A DNA stretch of 64,000 nucleotides from the human T2T-CHM13v2.0 reference genome, Homo sapiens (GCF_009914755.1 NC_060931.1), one strand, 5' to 3'. Counted from the stretch's first letter, positions 37,168-57,368 are shown. The notes: generated from the sequence alone by a model not told the origin. Numbers and translations are program-made.

Positions 37168-38354
37168 GTGAGTGCAAAGGAAGGAGGGCAGGCAGAGACA
37201 GAAGTGGTCAGGCCACATGACAGGATGCTCAGGCTGGGATCATGGGAAAAAGGAAGATGGCCCCAGAGAAGCTGCCTGCCCCCCACTGCAGCCCCAGCCT
37301 CTTCTCACTTCCTGTGCAGTCCTCAGCTTCCCCTCCCAGCCCCTCTGTGGACAGGAAAGGTCTGAGCATGTCCCTTGCCCTCTCAGAGCTCAGGAAACAT
37401 GCCTGGCTTGAGAGAAGCGACTGCCAGCGCAGGTGGGGCTGGCCCGGGTGCTGGGAAGTGACTCCTGCCTGATCGCCAGGCACTCCCGCCCGGAGGCAAA
37501 GATGCTTCTTACATGAGGCTGGCTGAGTTTCAGAGGGGTCCAGCTCCCACTAGTAGGAAATGAGGGACGAGGAGTGGTTAGTAACGGAGACCACACCCAG
37601 GGAAAGCCAGGGGGGACCTCTCCAGGGTACAGCAGGCTCCATGTTTGGGATCCATCCCTGGAGAGGACTCACCCCTGAGGCTCAGGACTAGCACTTGTAG
37701 GAGAGATCGTCACATAATTAGAAACAAACCTGGCATGGTTGTGAACTCTGACCTGATGGCCCATTGGTCCTGGCCAAGGCAGTGGAATGTCTCCCGCAGT
37801 GGGAGACGAAGCGATTGGGCCCAGATGTGGGGAGGAGAGAGCCAGAGGGACCCATTTGGCGTCTCATAAACATCTTAGTAGGAGGCTCCTGGGCTGCAGG
37901 GCAGGCTGGATGGAAGGACAGATGGGTAGTGGGGACACAGGAGTTCCCCGATGCAGGTGAAGGGGAGGGGACTGAGTCAAGAGATATCTGCAAGGAAGCA
38001 GAAGAGAGACCTCACTGGCCTGGGGTGAGGTCTCGCTCACGGACTCTGCTCTGTCCCAGCCCTTGCTGAAAGCCCTGCTGAATCTTGTTAGCCAGCAGGG
38101 CTTCTAGGAGAAGCACAGGCCTGGCCCAGGCTTGTTAGGGATCGGTGCAATGACACCTGCACTGCACATAGTAGTCGCTCACTAAACTACTGGTGGATGC
38201 TATTTTATCAGGATCGACCCTGAGCATCACAGGCTTAGGGACCAGCCTAGGGACCTGAGTGGCTGATCACAGCACTGCCCTAACTCCAGGAGACATTTCC
38301 CACTCTGGGCCTAGGAACACTGCCTACACTCCTGTCTCTGTTTCTTATCCACAG

Positions 38355-38390
38355 TTCCCGGAGGGCTTGCGGGTGCTGGCCTTGGGGCAG
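38355..38390 (+). CDS. ELN: ELN exon 5 VPGGLAGAGLGA
   Basis: ccacag| 36 nt |gtgagt. Confidence 0.96.
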
Positions 38391-38744
38391 GTGAGTGCTG
38401 ACACCCAAGAAAGATATCCCCTGTGGGGACCAGCCCCTGAGCTCAACCCAGGGCTGGTATGCAGCACGGTCATGGAACAAGGGTGCAGGCCAGGTTCCGT
38501 CCTGGGCACTGACGGGGACTGATGCTGATACCAACTGCCCCAAGCAGCTGCCCAGGACATGAGGAAATCACAGCTGAGTACCTGGGTTCCTTTATAACAT
38601 AGTAGTGAAGGCTGCATGGAGGAAGCCCCATGGACCAAGGAAGCCCAAGGGAGTCGCTTAACTCAGCAGGGGTTCAGGAAGGCATTCTAGAGGAGGTGGG
38701 TGGGGAAATTTGACCCCAAAAGATCCATGCAGTTTTCAGGAAGG

Positions 38745-39583
<839 letters not shown>

Positions 39584-39752
39584 TTACCGGTGAGCAGTGC
39601 TCACATGGATGTCCTGCAGGCATTGATGTCTGGCAGAGAGCGGAAGAGCCTCCAATGTGCTTCCTGAGTGGGGCACAGCCAGGCAGGGCCAGAGCGTAGG
39701 AGTCTTCATAGGTGTGGTAGCTCAGGACCTCACCCCATCCTCCCCTCCGCAG

Positions 39753-39845
39753 GGCTCGGCGCCTTCCCCGCAGTTACCTTTCCGGGGGCTCTGGTGCCTG
39801 GTGGAGTGGCTGACGCTGCTGCAGCCTATAAAGCTGCTAAGGCTG
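39753..39845 (+). CDS. ELN: ELN exon 6 [31 protein letters not shown]
   Basis: ccgcag| 93 nt |gtgagt. Confidence 0.97.
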
Positions 39846-40122
39846 GTGAGTGGTGCTCTTTGGGACATGCCACAAGCCCTCTGGCTTCCGTGGGGCCCTC
39901 CGCTTTGCAAAGAACCTTCCCTCAACTCAGGCTTGGGAGCCGGGTGGGTGGGATTGTCAGTTGCAATCTACTGGGGCTCAGGGAGGCAGCTAGCTGTGCC
40001 CAGTCTGAAGGTGAGTTAGTAACGGGGCCAGACCTCAATGCTGGGCCCTCAGCATGCAGCCCCGGGCCCTTCTGCCTCCCCACTGTTCCTTACGCAATGC
40101 CTCACCTGTCCTGGCTCTGCAG

Positions 40123-40173
40123 GCGCTGGGCTTGGTGGTGTCCCAGGAGTTGGTGGCTTAGGAGTGTCTGCAG
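40123..40173 (+). CDS. ELN: ELN exon 7 [17 protein letters not shown]
   Basis: ctgcag| 51 nt |gtacga. Confidence 0.97.
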
Positions 40174-40256
40174 GTACGATGGCTATCCCCGAACTCCCTG
40201 GGTCAAAGTTGCAGGCCTGGGTGGAGCCAACTCTGATGCAGCCCCTTCTGTGCCAG

Positions 40257-40307
40257 GTGCGGTGGTTCCTCAGCCTGGAGCCGGAGTGAAGCCTGGGAAA
40301 GTGCCGG
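40257..40307 (+). CDS. ELN: ELN exon 8 [17 protein letters not shown] (alternative acceptor at 40242 adds APSVP)
   Basis: tgccag| 51 nt |gtcagt; in-frame upstream atgcag| 15 nt earlier. Confidence 0.96.
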
Positions 40308-41017
40308 GTCAGTGCGGAATCCCTGGGGCTGGAGGACAGAGGGCAGGGAGGGGCAGAGGGCAGGGAGGAACAGAGCCCTCTCCATGCCACTGCACTTGGG
40401 GAGGAAGGGCAGGGCCTGGCTTCAGTCGGGCAGAGAAACTAGCCAGGCTGGTGCCTGCGTCTGTGAAATGGGGAGGAGGGGCCTGGCCCACTTCCCGGGC
40501 CCTTCTCCCGGGATCTTGGGGTAGAAAGAGACGGGCTCTGTGGCAGGCTGTCGGGCGACAGATGGGGAAACTGAGGCTCAAAGAGGCGAGTCAGTGTGGA
40601 AGGGCCTGCAGCGAGTCCCGGCAGAGCTGGGGGAGCCCCGTGTCCTCTGACTCCCCATCTGGTACTCGTTCTGCCCCACCAAGCCCTTTAGGAAGTGACT
40701 TCAGGTTAAACAAAAGACTGCCTGAGTCTACGCAGCAGGGAGGGACATCTGGAAGCTGTTAGCCAGAGGTGGGCTGGCCCAGCCATGTAAACAGGCTCCA
40801 GGAGACGGAGATAAATCCACACACCGAAGAGTTTGCAGATGACTTCCGAAACTCGTGGGAGGAGGGTTGTGGCCACCCCACGTCTGTCCCTGGCTGCCCC
40901 TGTCGGGCACAGAGGCTGTGGGTTTGAGGGCCTTGGAGCTGCCTGGGTGGGAAGGGCTGGGGAGGGGTCCCTGGAGGCTGAGCTGCTGCTAGTAACTTTG
41001 CTTTCTTTTGGCCACAG

Positions 41018-41059
41018 GTGTGGGGCTGCCAGGTGTATACCCAGGTGGCGTGCTCCCAG
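41018..41059 (+). CDS. ELN: ELN exon 9 [14 protein letters not shown]
   Basis: ccacag| 42 nt |gtgaga. Confidence 0.97.
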
Positions 41060-41089
41060 GTGAGAGCAAGGAGGGAAACAGGGACTCTA

Positions 41090-41562
<473 letters not shown>

Positions 41563-42254
41563 TCAACCAGCCTTCCTGCACCCCACCCAAGCCCTGATCC
41601 CAGGCACAGACCATCATCACAGCCCGAGGCGGGCCCCCGAGGACAGATCCCAGTGTGACCAGCTATTTCCCAAAAGCTGTGAGTCACCAAGGGGCCACCC
41701 AATGAGTCTGCCCTGCAGGAGACCCTAAAGAGCTGCCCCTCACCCTCCTTTCCCCTGCCAGGGCCTGACCACCCCACCCAACATGTGACCTCCTGAATTC
41801 CCCCAAAAGCCCAGATTTAGGCTGTTATGTGGGATTTGCTGATGGAGTGGCCCTTCCTCCCTCTCTCCCCCACTACGCTGAAAGCCAAGGCTGCCCAGCC
41901 CCAGGGGAGACAGGAGAGGTGGAAGACGCTGGCATGGTCCCAGCTGTAGCTGGATGGCTGCTTTGGGGGTCTGGGTTGTGAGCGAGAGCCCCAGAGAGCA
42001 TGGGCCTCCCTGGTCTACGGGCGAGTGGCACCGCGCAGCAGCTGTCCCTCTCTTTACCTTTTCTGCGGAGGGTGGTCGAGACGGCTTTTGTGATTAACTC
42101 CAGCATAGAGATGAGGCTGACTGAGGCACCAGCTCACATGGCTGGGAAATAGGATTAAAACTCAGATCTTCTGACCTTGAGCCAGACAGGGAAGGAAAGT
42201 CAGCACTAAACAGGTCCTTTCTCCACCCACCCCGTGAGCCGTGCCTGTCACTGA

Positions 42255-42497
<243 letters not shown>

Positions 42498-42968
42498 TGA
42501 AATGGGGTGGGATCCTGGACTGGCTCAGGGCCCTCTGGGTGACACTTTTTATGTTCCAGCCCTGGGCAGCCTGGTGCTGAAAAACCTCAGAGTGTGGCTG
42601 GGCACACTGGCTCACACCTGTAATCCCAGTATTTTGGGAGGGTGAGCTGGGAGGATCGCTTGAGCCCAGGAGTTAAAGACCAGCCTGGGCAACATAGCAA
42701 GACCTTATCTCTACAAAAACATGATTAAAAAATTAGCCGGACATGGTCACACACACCTATGATCCCAACTATTCAGGAGGCTAAGACAGGAGGATCTCTT
42801 GAGCCCAGGAGATCAAGGTTGTCGTGAGCTATGATCACACCACTGCACTCCAGCCTGGGCAACAGAGACCCCGTTCCCCCGCAAAATAAGAAAGAAAGAA
42901 AAGAGGGCCAGATGCAGTGGCTCATGCCTGTAATCCCAGCACTTTGGGAGGCCGAGGTGGGCGGATCA

Positions 42969-43553
<585 letters not shown>

Positions 43554-43692
43554 TCAAAGGAGTCCAGAAAACCCTCCAGCCTGTGCCAAGGGCTGCAGGC
43601 CCAAACTGGGGCCCAGGCCCCAGGAGGGAGAGAATCCCGTAGCTTCCTGGAGGAAGTGGCCTGTCACTGGGAATTTCTCAACTGACCCATGA

Positions 43693-44257
<565 letters not shown>

Positions 44258-44813
44258 TCACTGCACCTCCCTGCACAGAAGTCAGCCTGGGTACAGGTGT
44301 CTCTGGTGGCAGGGAAGGGGTGTTGAAGCCCCTGTATGGTCACCAGCCAAGGAGAGCATGGGAAAGTCATCTGCAGGTATTGAACTCACACACACACGCT
44401 CATGCACAGAGACCCATAGTCCCGATCTGAAGCTATTAGGCTGGTGGAAAGGAACACGGTTCATTGGAAAGATCCCTCTAACATCCACCCACTCGTGCTC
44501 CCGCCCCTACCTCTGCAATCAGCTTAGACAATAAGATGCTTTCCACTGAGGAGGGGGTGTAAGGAAAATACTCAGACTCCAGGGCCATGATGGGGCTTGA
44601 ATTTGTAGGGGGATGGGTGTTCCATGGGCCTCGGGGGCAGAGGTGTCCTCTCCCTCCTTCACCCAGCGCCTTTGCTCTCCTGGGAGCAGCTCAGGACCCT
44701 GATGTGGGAGGTCTCAAGCTTTAGCACCTGTGGGGGTAGATCTGTCCACCCAGGTTGGTGGGAGCCCAGCAAGGCATGGGGCAGCCCCTGAGTTTGCTCT
44801 GTCCTCTCTCCAG

Positions 44814-44855
44814 GTGGCTATGGACTGCCCTACACCACAGGGAAACTGCCCTATG
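44814..44855 (+). CDS. ELN: ELN exon 13 GGYGLPYTTGKLPY
   Basis: ctccag| 42 nt |gtgagt. Confidence 0.97.
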
Positions 44856-45280
44856 GTGAGTGAGACCCTTCTAGACTGTGGGCTTCCAGCTCTTTCCCTC
44901 TCCAGGGTCCTAGCAAGGGTGCTGTGCTTCCAGCCCTGGGCCAGGAGAGCACCTCGCTGGGGCAGGGTTGGGGTCTTGGAGTGGGAATCTCAGAAGGAAA
45001 GGGCATGGAATTTGGACTCAGCATGGGTCTCCATCCCTGCCCTCCCACCTATCAATAATGAGACCTTAAGTGAGCTGTGTTGCTTCTTTGAGCCTCTGTG
45101 TTCTCATCTGTAAAATGGACATAACAACTCCATACATGTGTTTGTATTTGTTTTCACTCTGGCTGGGGGTGACAGGTGCAGACTCAGGACAGCTTGGGCC
45201 CCGAGGGCAGAGCAGGGGGAGGGGGAGGGCAGCAGTGGTGATGTCTGCACAGATGACCATCAAGCCTCTCTGTTTTGCAG

Positions 45281-45340
45281 GCTATGGGCCCGGAGGAGTG
45301 GCTGGTGCAGCGGGCAAGGCTGGTTACCCAACAGGGACAG
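45281..45340 (+). CDS. ELN: ELN exon 14 GYGPGGVAGAAGKAGYPTGT
   Basis: ttgcag| 60 nt |gtaagg. Confidence 0.97.
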
Positions 45341-45641
45341 GTAAGGAAAGCCTCACGTCACTTCCAGCCAAGGGAGCACTGATCTTCCAGGCTCCAGAGC
45401 CCTGGGGTGGGTGAGGTTCCCTCCTGAAAGCAGCAGCCCACCCTGCATCCAGACCCTGGTCCAAACCTGGAGCAGGATCCTGGGGGAGGAGTGGGGCAGC
45501 TCCATCAGCCTCTGCCTACTCTGAAGCTCCCATGTATACCCACATGTCAGTGGATTGGCTCTCTTGGGGCTGGGAACAAGTGGGCTCTGGAGATACAGGA
45601 GCACTGTTTCAAGGTCTCTCCCCTCTGCTTCCTTCCCCCAG

Positions 45642-45695
45642 GGGTTGGCCCCCAGGCAGCAGCAGCAGCGGCAGCTAAAGCAGCAGCAAAGTTCG
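45642..45695 (+). CDS. ELN: ELN exon 15 [18 protein letters not shown] (KA cross-link)
   Basis: ccccag| 54 nt |gtgagt. Confidence 0.97.
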
Positions 45696-45820
45696 GTGAG
45701 TGCCCCTGGAGTCCCCACCTGGTGGCCTCCAGGCCCCTAGCCTCTCCATTCCCATTACTATTGACAGCCTGCCTCCAAAGTGGCCCCTACATACCCCCAT
45801 TTACTCAAAATTTTCAACAT

Positions 45821-47835
45821 CACCCATCTATCTATCCCTCCCTCCAACCATTCTTCCATGCATCCATGTATCCATTCATCCTTCCATCAATCTATTACTT
45901 TCTCCATCCCTCCCTCCATCCATTCCCATTCCTCCATGCATCCATCTATCCATCCATCCATTCATGTACTCATCTGCCCATCCATGCATCCATCCACTCA
46001 TCCGTCCATTCATTCATCCATCCATCTCTCCCTCCATCCATTCATCCATCCATCCATCCATTCCTCCATGCATCCATCTATCCATCCATCCACTTATCTA
46101 TCCATTCATCTACTTATTTACACATCCATGCATCCATCCATCCATCCACTCATCCATCCACTCATTCATCCATCCATCTCTCCCTCCATCCATTCATCCA
46201 TCCATCTATCCATCCATCCATCCATCCATCCATCCATCCATCCATTTCTCCATGGATCCATCTATCCATCCATCTGTCCACACATCCATCCATCCATTTA
46301 TCCATCCACCCACTCATCCATCTATCCATTCATCCACCCATCCATCACTACCTCCCTCCATTCATCCATCCTCCATTCCTCCATGCAGCCATCTATCCAT
46401 CCATCCATCCACTTATCCACCCATTCATCCATCCATCAATCCCTCCCTCCATCCATTCTTCCATCCATCAATCCCTCCCTCCATCCATTCTTCCATCCAT
46501 CCATCCACGCATCCATCCATTCCTCCATGCATCCATCCATCTATGCACCCATCCATCCATCCCCTCATCCATCCATCCATTTATCCATCCATCACTCCCT
46601 CGCTCCATTCATCCATCCACCATCTATCCATCTATTCCCCCATATACCCATTCATCCATCCAACCATTCCTCCATGCATCCATCTATCCCTCCATCCATT
46701 CCTCTAGGCACCCATCCATCCATTTCTCCATGCATGCATCCATCCTTCCATCCATCCTTCCATCCATCCATCCACCATCTATTCCTCCATGCATCCATTC
46801 ATCCATCCATCCATTCCTCCATGCATTCATCCTTCCATCCATCCATCCACCCATCAATTCTTCCCTCCATCCATTCTTCCCTCTATCCATCCACTCATCC
46901 ATCCATTCTTCCCTCTATCCGTCCACTCATCCATCCATTCCTCCATGCATCCATTCCTCCATGCATCCATCTATCCATCCATCCATTCATCCATCCACTC
47001 ATCCATCCATCCATTTACCCATCCATCCACTCAATCCATCCATCCATCCATCCATACATCAATCCACCCATCCATCACTCCCTCCATCGATTCTTCCATC
47101 CATCCATCTGCCCATTCTTCCATGCATCCCTCCATCCATTCCTCCATGCACCCACCCATCCATTTCTCCATGCATGCATCCATCCTTCCATCCATTCATC
47201 CATCCATCCATCCATCCATCTATTCCTCCATGCATCCATCCACCCATCCATCCATTTCTCCATGCATCCTTCCATCCATCCATCCATCCATCCATCCATC
47301 CACTCACCCATCTATCCATCCATCCATCCATCTACCCATCAATTCTTCCTTCCATCCATTCTTCCCTCTATCCATCCACTCATTCATCCATTCTTCCCTC
47401 TATCCATCCACTCATCCATCCATTCCTCCATGCATCCATTCCTCCATGCATCCATCTATCCATCCATCCATTCATCCATCCACTCATCCATCCATCCATT
47501 TACCCATCCATCCACTCGTCCATCCATCCATCCATCCATCCATCCATCAATCCATCTATCCATCACTCCCTCCATTGATTCTTCCATCCATCCATCCATC
47601 CATCTGCCCATTCTTCCGTGCATCCCTCCATCCATTCCTCCATGCACCCATCCATCCATTTCTCCATGCATGCATCCATCCATCCATCCATTCCTCCATG
47701 CATCCATGCACCCATCCATCCATTCACCCATGCATTCATTCATTCATTCATTCATTCATTCATTCATTCTTTCCTCCATGCATTCATCCATGCCTCCTTC
47801 CTTCCCTCCCTCACTGCCTCCTCCCACCCATCCAT
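45821..47835 (+). repeat. About 2-kb degenerate (CCAT)n tract in intron 15
   Basis: continuous ccat/tcat/ctat/catgcat variants. Confidence 0.98.
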
Positions 47836-48809
47836 ATCAGAGATCAGGGACAAACAAGAGTTCTCTTAGAGAATATAGCCACTGTTGTGGGAGTCAAGAA
47901 ACGGGAGGCATTTTTTTCTACCTGAGGAAAGTTAGAAAGGCTTCCCAGAGAAAGTGACATGTGATTTAGGCCTTAAAAATAAAGATGGAGCTTACCATGT
48001 GGTTAAAACAGGAAAGAGGAGGCCAAGCAGAGGGAATGGGTACCACGGTGGTTAGAAAGATAATTTTAGGTGGTGCATATATAAGCATTTAAAATATTTA
48101 ATAGTTATGTATCAATTTAATGTGTACTATAAAAATGTTAACTCACTGCTCAGGTCAGTGAGTTCTTGGCTAGCATGGCTGCAGATGGAACGTGGTATTC
48201 CTGTGCCCGTGCAGTGGGTGGAGTGGGCATCTGTCCCCTGCCCCAGGTAGTGCCCACCTCAGGGTCAGACCACTAGGGCTGAAGTCCTCCTTCATCCTCA
48301 GCCCCAGGGAAGCCCTTTCCTTATCTCCCCACCAGCCCGAGAGAGCGAGAATGTGGGGAGAAGCCTGAAGCTGGGCCTCCCAGTGGAGGCCCCGCAGGCC
48401 CCCCTCCCAGCACCCGAGGCTCCTTGGCCCCAGCGGCTGGTGGGGACGGCTGCAATGTGGGAGCGGGAGAGCAGGGCTGTGAGGGGCTGCCAGAGCCAAG
48501 CAGCCAGGCGCTTGGATTACAAACTTGGCTGCATCTTCGGAACACAGGGAGAGGAAGTCTTGAACATTCCTGCAGGGGACCCTCTGGCCCAGGGAGCGGC
48601 CACTTGTGGTTTCTCAGTATGTGGCAGTGATTAGAATGGGATTTGTCTGAAAACATACAAGTCCCTTAATGAGTGTGTTGAAATGGACACTTTGGGGGAG
48701 AGTCAAGGAACAGTGGAGTGGGGTGGGGGCCTCCCCAGACAGGCCCATCTGGAGACACCCGGGCCCCATTCCTGGATAAGATCACACTGGTGAAAACGCC
48801 GGCGTCTAA

Positions 48810-49001
<192 letters not shown>

Positions 49002-49050
49002 TGAGATGGCCACAGGGCAAGGACCTCACCCTCTGTGGCTGTGTTTTCAG

Positions 49051-49110
49051 GCGTTGGGACTCCAGCTGCAGCTGCAGCTGCAGCAGCAGCCGCTAAGGCA
49101 GCCAAGTATG
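49051..49110 (+). CDS. ELN: ELN exon 17 [20 protein letters not shown]
   Basis: tttcag| 60 nt |gtgagt. Confidence 0.97.
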
Positions 49111-49446
49111 GTGAGTGCCTCCCGGGGTGGCAAGTCCACGGCTCGGGCCCCTGCATAGACCTCGGAGACCCTAGCCGCAAAGCCAGATGGACTTGGCCTT
49201 TGTTCCTTCCCAAATATGCATTGTTCATGCCTCCTTACCTTTGCCCCTTCTGATCACTCTACCTGAGATGCCATCTCTATTGTTTTGCCCTGATTAACTC
49301 AGCAGAGGGAGGGGACCCTGCAGAGGGGACATGGCTCCTCCCACTCCATCCCCTCCAGGGCCAGCCCACAGGTGTCTGCTGCATCAACTAAATGGGTGCC
49401 CAGTGGTGAGAATTCTGACTGTGCTTTAGGAATAGATCACATTCTA

Positions 49447-49986
49447 GCTATGCACAGTGGCTCACGCCTGTAATCCCAACAATTTGGGAGGCTAAAACCA
49501 GGAGTTTGAGACCAGCCTGAGCAACATACTGAGACCCCATCTTTCCAAAAAGTATTTAAAAATTATCTAGGCATGGTGGCACATGCCTGTGGTCCCAGCC
49601 ACCTGCGAGGCTGAGGTGAGAGGATTGCTTGAGCCTAGTAGTTCAAGGCTGCAGTGAGCTATGATCATGCCACTGCACTCCAGCCTGGGTAAGTGAGAAT
49701 TTGGTTCAAAAAAAAAGGAAAGAGAGACAGAAAGAGAGAGACAGGAAGGAAGGAAGGAAGGAAGGAAAGAAGGAAGGAAGGAAGGAAAGACGGAAGGAAG
49801 GAAGGAAGGAAGGAAGGGAGGGAGGGAGGGAAGGAAGGAAATGAAGGAAGGGAGGGAGGGAGAGAGAGAGGCAGGAAGGAAAGAAAGGAAGAAACAAAAG
49901 AGAGAAAGAGAAAGAAAGAAAGGGAAAGGAAGGAAGGAAGGAAAAAGAAAAGAGGGAGGGAGGGAGAGAGAGAGAGGGAGGGAGAG

Positions 49987-50017
<31 letters not shown>

Positions 50018-50068
50018 AAGAAAGAAAGAAAGAGAAAGGAAGGAAAGAAAAGAAAAGAAAAAGAAAGA
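49447..50068 (+). mobile_element. Sense Alu (about 49447-49716) with about 350-bp polypurine (GAAG/GAAA/GA)n tail
   Basis: Alu consensus followed by near-pure A/G tract. Confidence 0.92.
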
Positions 50069-50264
50069 GATCACATTCCTCCAGCTCACTGATTCAAATC
50101 CTAGAGCTCTTTAGGGACCCTCTTAGTCTCTCCACATCTCTCTGATGAGTAGGATCCATGCAGAGGAAATGTCAACCCACCTGCAATCCTGCATTCAGGA
50201 CCAACTGTCACTTCCATACTCTACTAACCACCCTTCTAGCCCCTCTGAGGTTCCCATAGGTTAG

Positions 50265-50537
<273 letters not shown>

Positions 50538-50737
50538 TAACCATCTGCCCATACCCTTGACCACGTCTCATCCCCTCATCTTCTCTTCCTTGGGCTATAC
50601 CAATCTCCTTATTAGCTTCTAATCAGTATCATATTTTCCAATTGACCTTCTGGCTATCAGTGTTCTCTGGGGGGCAGGAACCGTGTCTTTTTCAACTCCA
50701 TGTTCCTAGCCCTTAGCTGAGTAGGTGTTCAGTTTAT

Positions 50738-51607
<870 letters not shown>

Positions 51608-51838
51608 AGACAAATGGACAGGTATAGAGGTGGGTCATTAGGTAGATGGATGATGGGGGTGGCTGGGTATACAGATGGGCAGGTGGGTGGACATCAGTGC
51701 ATAAATGGATGTGTAGCCAACTCTATGTTGGCATGAAAGGAGATGGCCCAACACACAGATGGGTAGACAGAGGGATACATACTACACAGCTCTCCTCCAA
51801 TCTCTCCTGAGCATTTGTGTCCCTTTTGGTCTCTCCAG

Positions 51839-51892
51839 GGGTTGTGTCACCAGAAGCAGCTGCTAAGGCAGCTGCAAAGGCAGCCAAATACG
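51839..51892 (+). CDS. ELN: ELN exon 19 [18 protein letters not shown]
   Basis: ctccag| 54 nt |gtgagt. Confidence 0.97.
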
Positions 51893-52280
51893 GTGAGTGC
51901 TATGCTGACAGCTCTGCCCCACCCTGTCCTGGCCTTTACTTGCCAGAACTAAAGGACCCTCCTCTACTTGCCCAGAGAAGGGAAGTGACTTGCCCAAGGT
52001 CACCGAGCAAGTCACCAGCAGGCCTCAGGACAATGTCTCCCCCATTTGTCTCCCACCACAGGGCCATGGGGCTGAGTGGCGGGAAAGTCCCAGGATGGCA
52101 TTCCCAGTGGGGACAGTGACCCTGAGCTTCCCTGCTCTGGCCAAGGCCCTCTCAGAGGAGCCCAAAACTGCCTGGGGATGTGGATTCTGCCAATAGTCTC
52201 TCTGCATCCAACAAAGGGGGTCTTCCCGAAGTGCTCAGAGAGGAGAGGGGCCAGAGGAGGACTGAAGAGTGTCAGTAAAG

Positions 52281-53762
<1,482 letters not shown>

Positions 53763-53794
53763 TGAGGGTCTCTTTCTTTCTCGTTTCCTTGTAG

Positions 53795-53836
53795 CCGAAG
53801 CTCAGGCAGCAGCTGCCGCCAAGGCTGCCAAGTACG
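53795..53836 (+). CDS. ELN: ELN exon 21 [14 protein letters not shown]
   Basis: ttgtag| 42 nt |gtaagt. Confidence 0.97.
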
Positions 53837-53888
53837 GTAAGTGCCCCTGCCCTGCCTGTCCCCAAGTCCTGCTCTCCCGCGGGGCTCA

Positions 53889-54722
<834 letters not shown>

Positions 54723-54762
54723 TGAGAGATTACTCTCTCACCCCTTCTCTTCACACCTCCAG

Positions 54763-54819
54763 GAGTGGGGACCCCAGCAGCTGCAGCTGCTAAAGCAGCC
54801 GCCAAAGCCGCCCAGTTTG
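54763..54819 (+). CDS. ELN: ELN exon 23 [19 protein letters not shown] (alternatively spliced)
   Basis: ctccag| 57 nt |gtaagt. Confidence 0.97.
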
Positions 54820-55122
54820 GTAAGTCCCCCTCACCCCCGCCACTGGCTCACGGAGAACTGCTTTCTCCTGTGCCCTGCTCTGGGGTCTGACCGCCCAGCT
54901 TCCTGTTCCTTTCCACCCCACTTAAGCTGTCACATTCTGGGGTGGGCCCTCCTTAGACCTTTTGGCCCACTGATGAATGACCTCTAGGAGTGTGGGTGAT
55001 GTTTCTGATTAGGGGAGCAGGGTGAGCAGTGTGAGCCTCCCTGTTCCTAAAGCCCCTGGTGCCTCCCAGGCTATTGGGGACCTGACCTCATGCTGAGCTC
55101 CAGCTCCCCTTGAGGGACTCCA

Positions 55123-55499
55123 GTTCTCCCCCTTCTCCTTCTCTTTCTCCTTCTCCTTCTTCTTCTTGTGCTCCTCTTCCTTCTTCTTCTTCTTCTTTCT
55201 TCTCCTCCTCCTCCTTCTCCTTCTCCCTCCTCCTCCTTCTCATTCTTCTTCTTCTCCTTCCTCTTCTTCTCCTCCTGCTTCTTTTCCTTCTCCTCCCTCT
55301 TCCTCCTCCTCCTGCTTCTCCTTTCTTCTCCTTCTTCTTCTTTCTTCTTCTTCTTCCTCTTTTTCTCCTTCTTTCTTCTTCTTTCTCCTTCTTCTTCTTC
55401 TTCCTCTGCTCCTTCTTCTTTCTCCTCCTTCTTCTCTTCTCTTCCGTCTTTCTTCTCCTCCTTTTCCTCCTTCTTCTTTCTTCTCCTTCTCCTTTTTTC

Positions 55500-55500
<1 letters not shown>
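55123..55500 (+). repeat. Polypyrimidine (TTC/TCC)n tract, tail of antisense Alu
   Basis: about 380 nt almost purely C/T, abutting tgagatagggtct Alu end. Confidence 0.96.
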
Positions 55501-56822
<1,322 letters not shown>

Positions 56823-56992
56823 AAGTTATGAACTCCTGAGCCTGCACACACTTCATATTAGGGAGGAGGAAGCTGAGGCCCAGCAAGGGAAAGTAACTGA
56901 TCCAGGGTCACACAGCAAATCTATGCCAGGGCCGAGGCTCCAGCCCTCTTTCCATAAGCTTCTGTCCTCTTTGATCAGGTCTTGGTTAATGA

Positions 56993-57241
<249 letters not shown>

Positions 57242-57268
57242 TAATCCCCCTCTCTCTCCCTCCCTCAG

Positions 57269-57313
57269 CTGCAGCAAAATCCGCTGCCAAGGTGGCTGCC
57301 AAAGCCCAGCTCC
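57269..57313 (+). CDS. ELN: ELN exon 25 AAAKSAAKVAAKAQL
   Basis: cctcag| 45 nt |gtgagt. Confidence 0.97.
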
Positions 57314-57368
57314 GTGAGTGCCTCGCCCACCTTTCTCTCCTCTCCCCAACGATCTCAGAGCTGGTTAG

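Noticed and set aside
45700-47957. 725-, 378- and 335-aa H/P/S/I-rich ORFs as independent genes
   Set aside because: Translations of the (CCAT)n tract, which lacks stop codons by composition; no promoter or domain evidence
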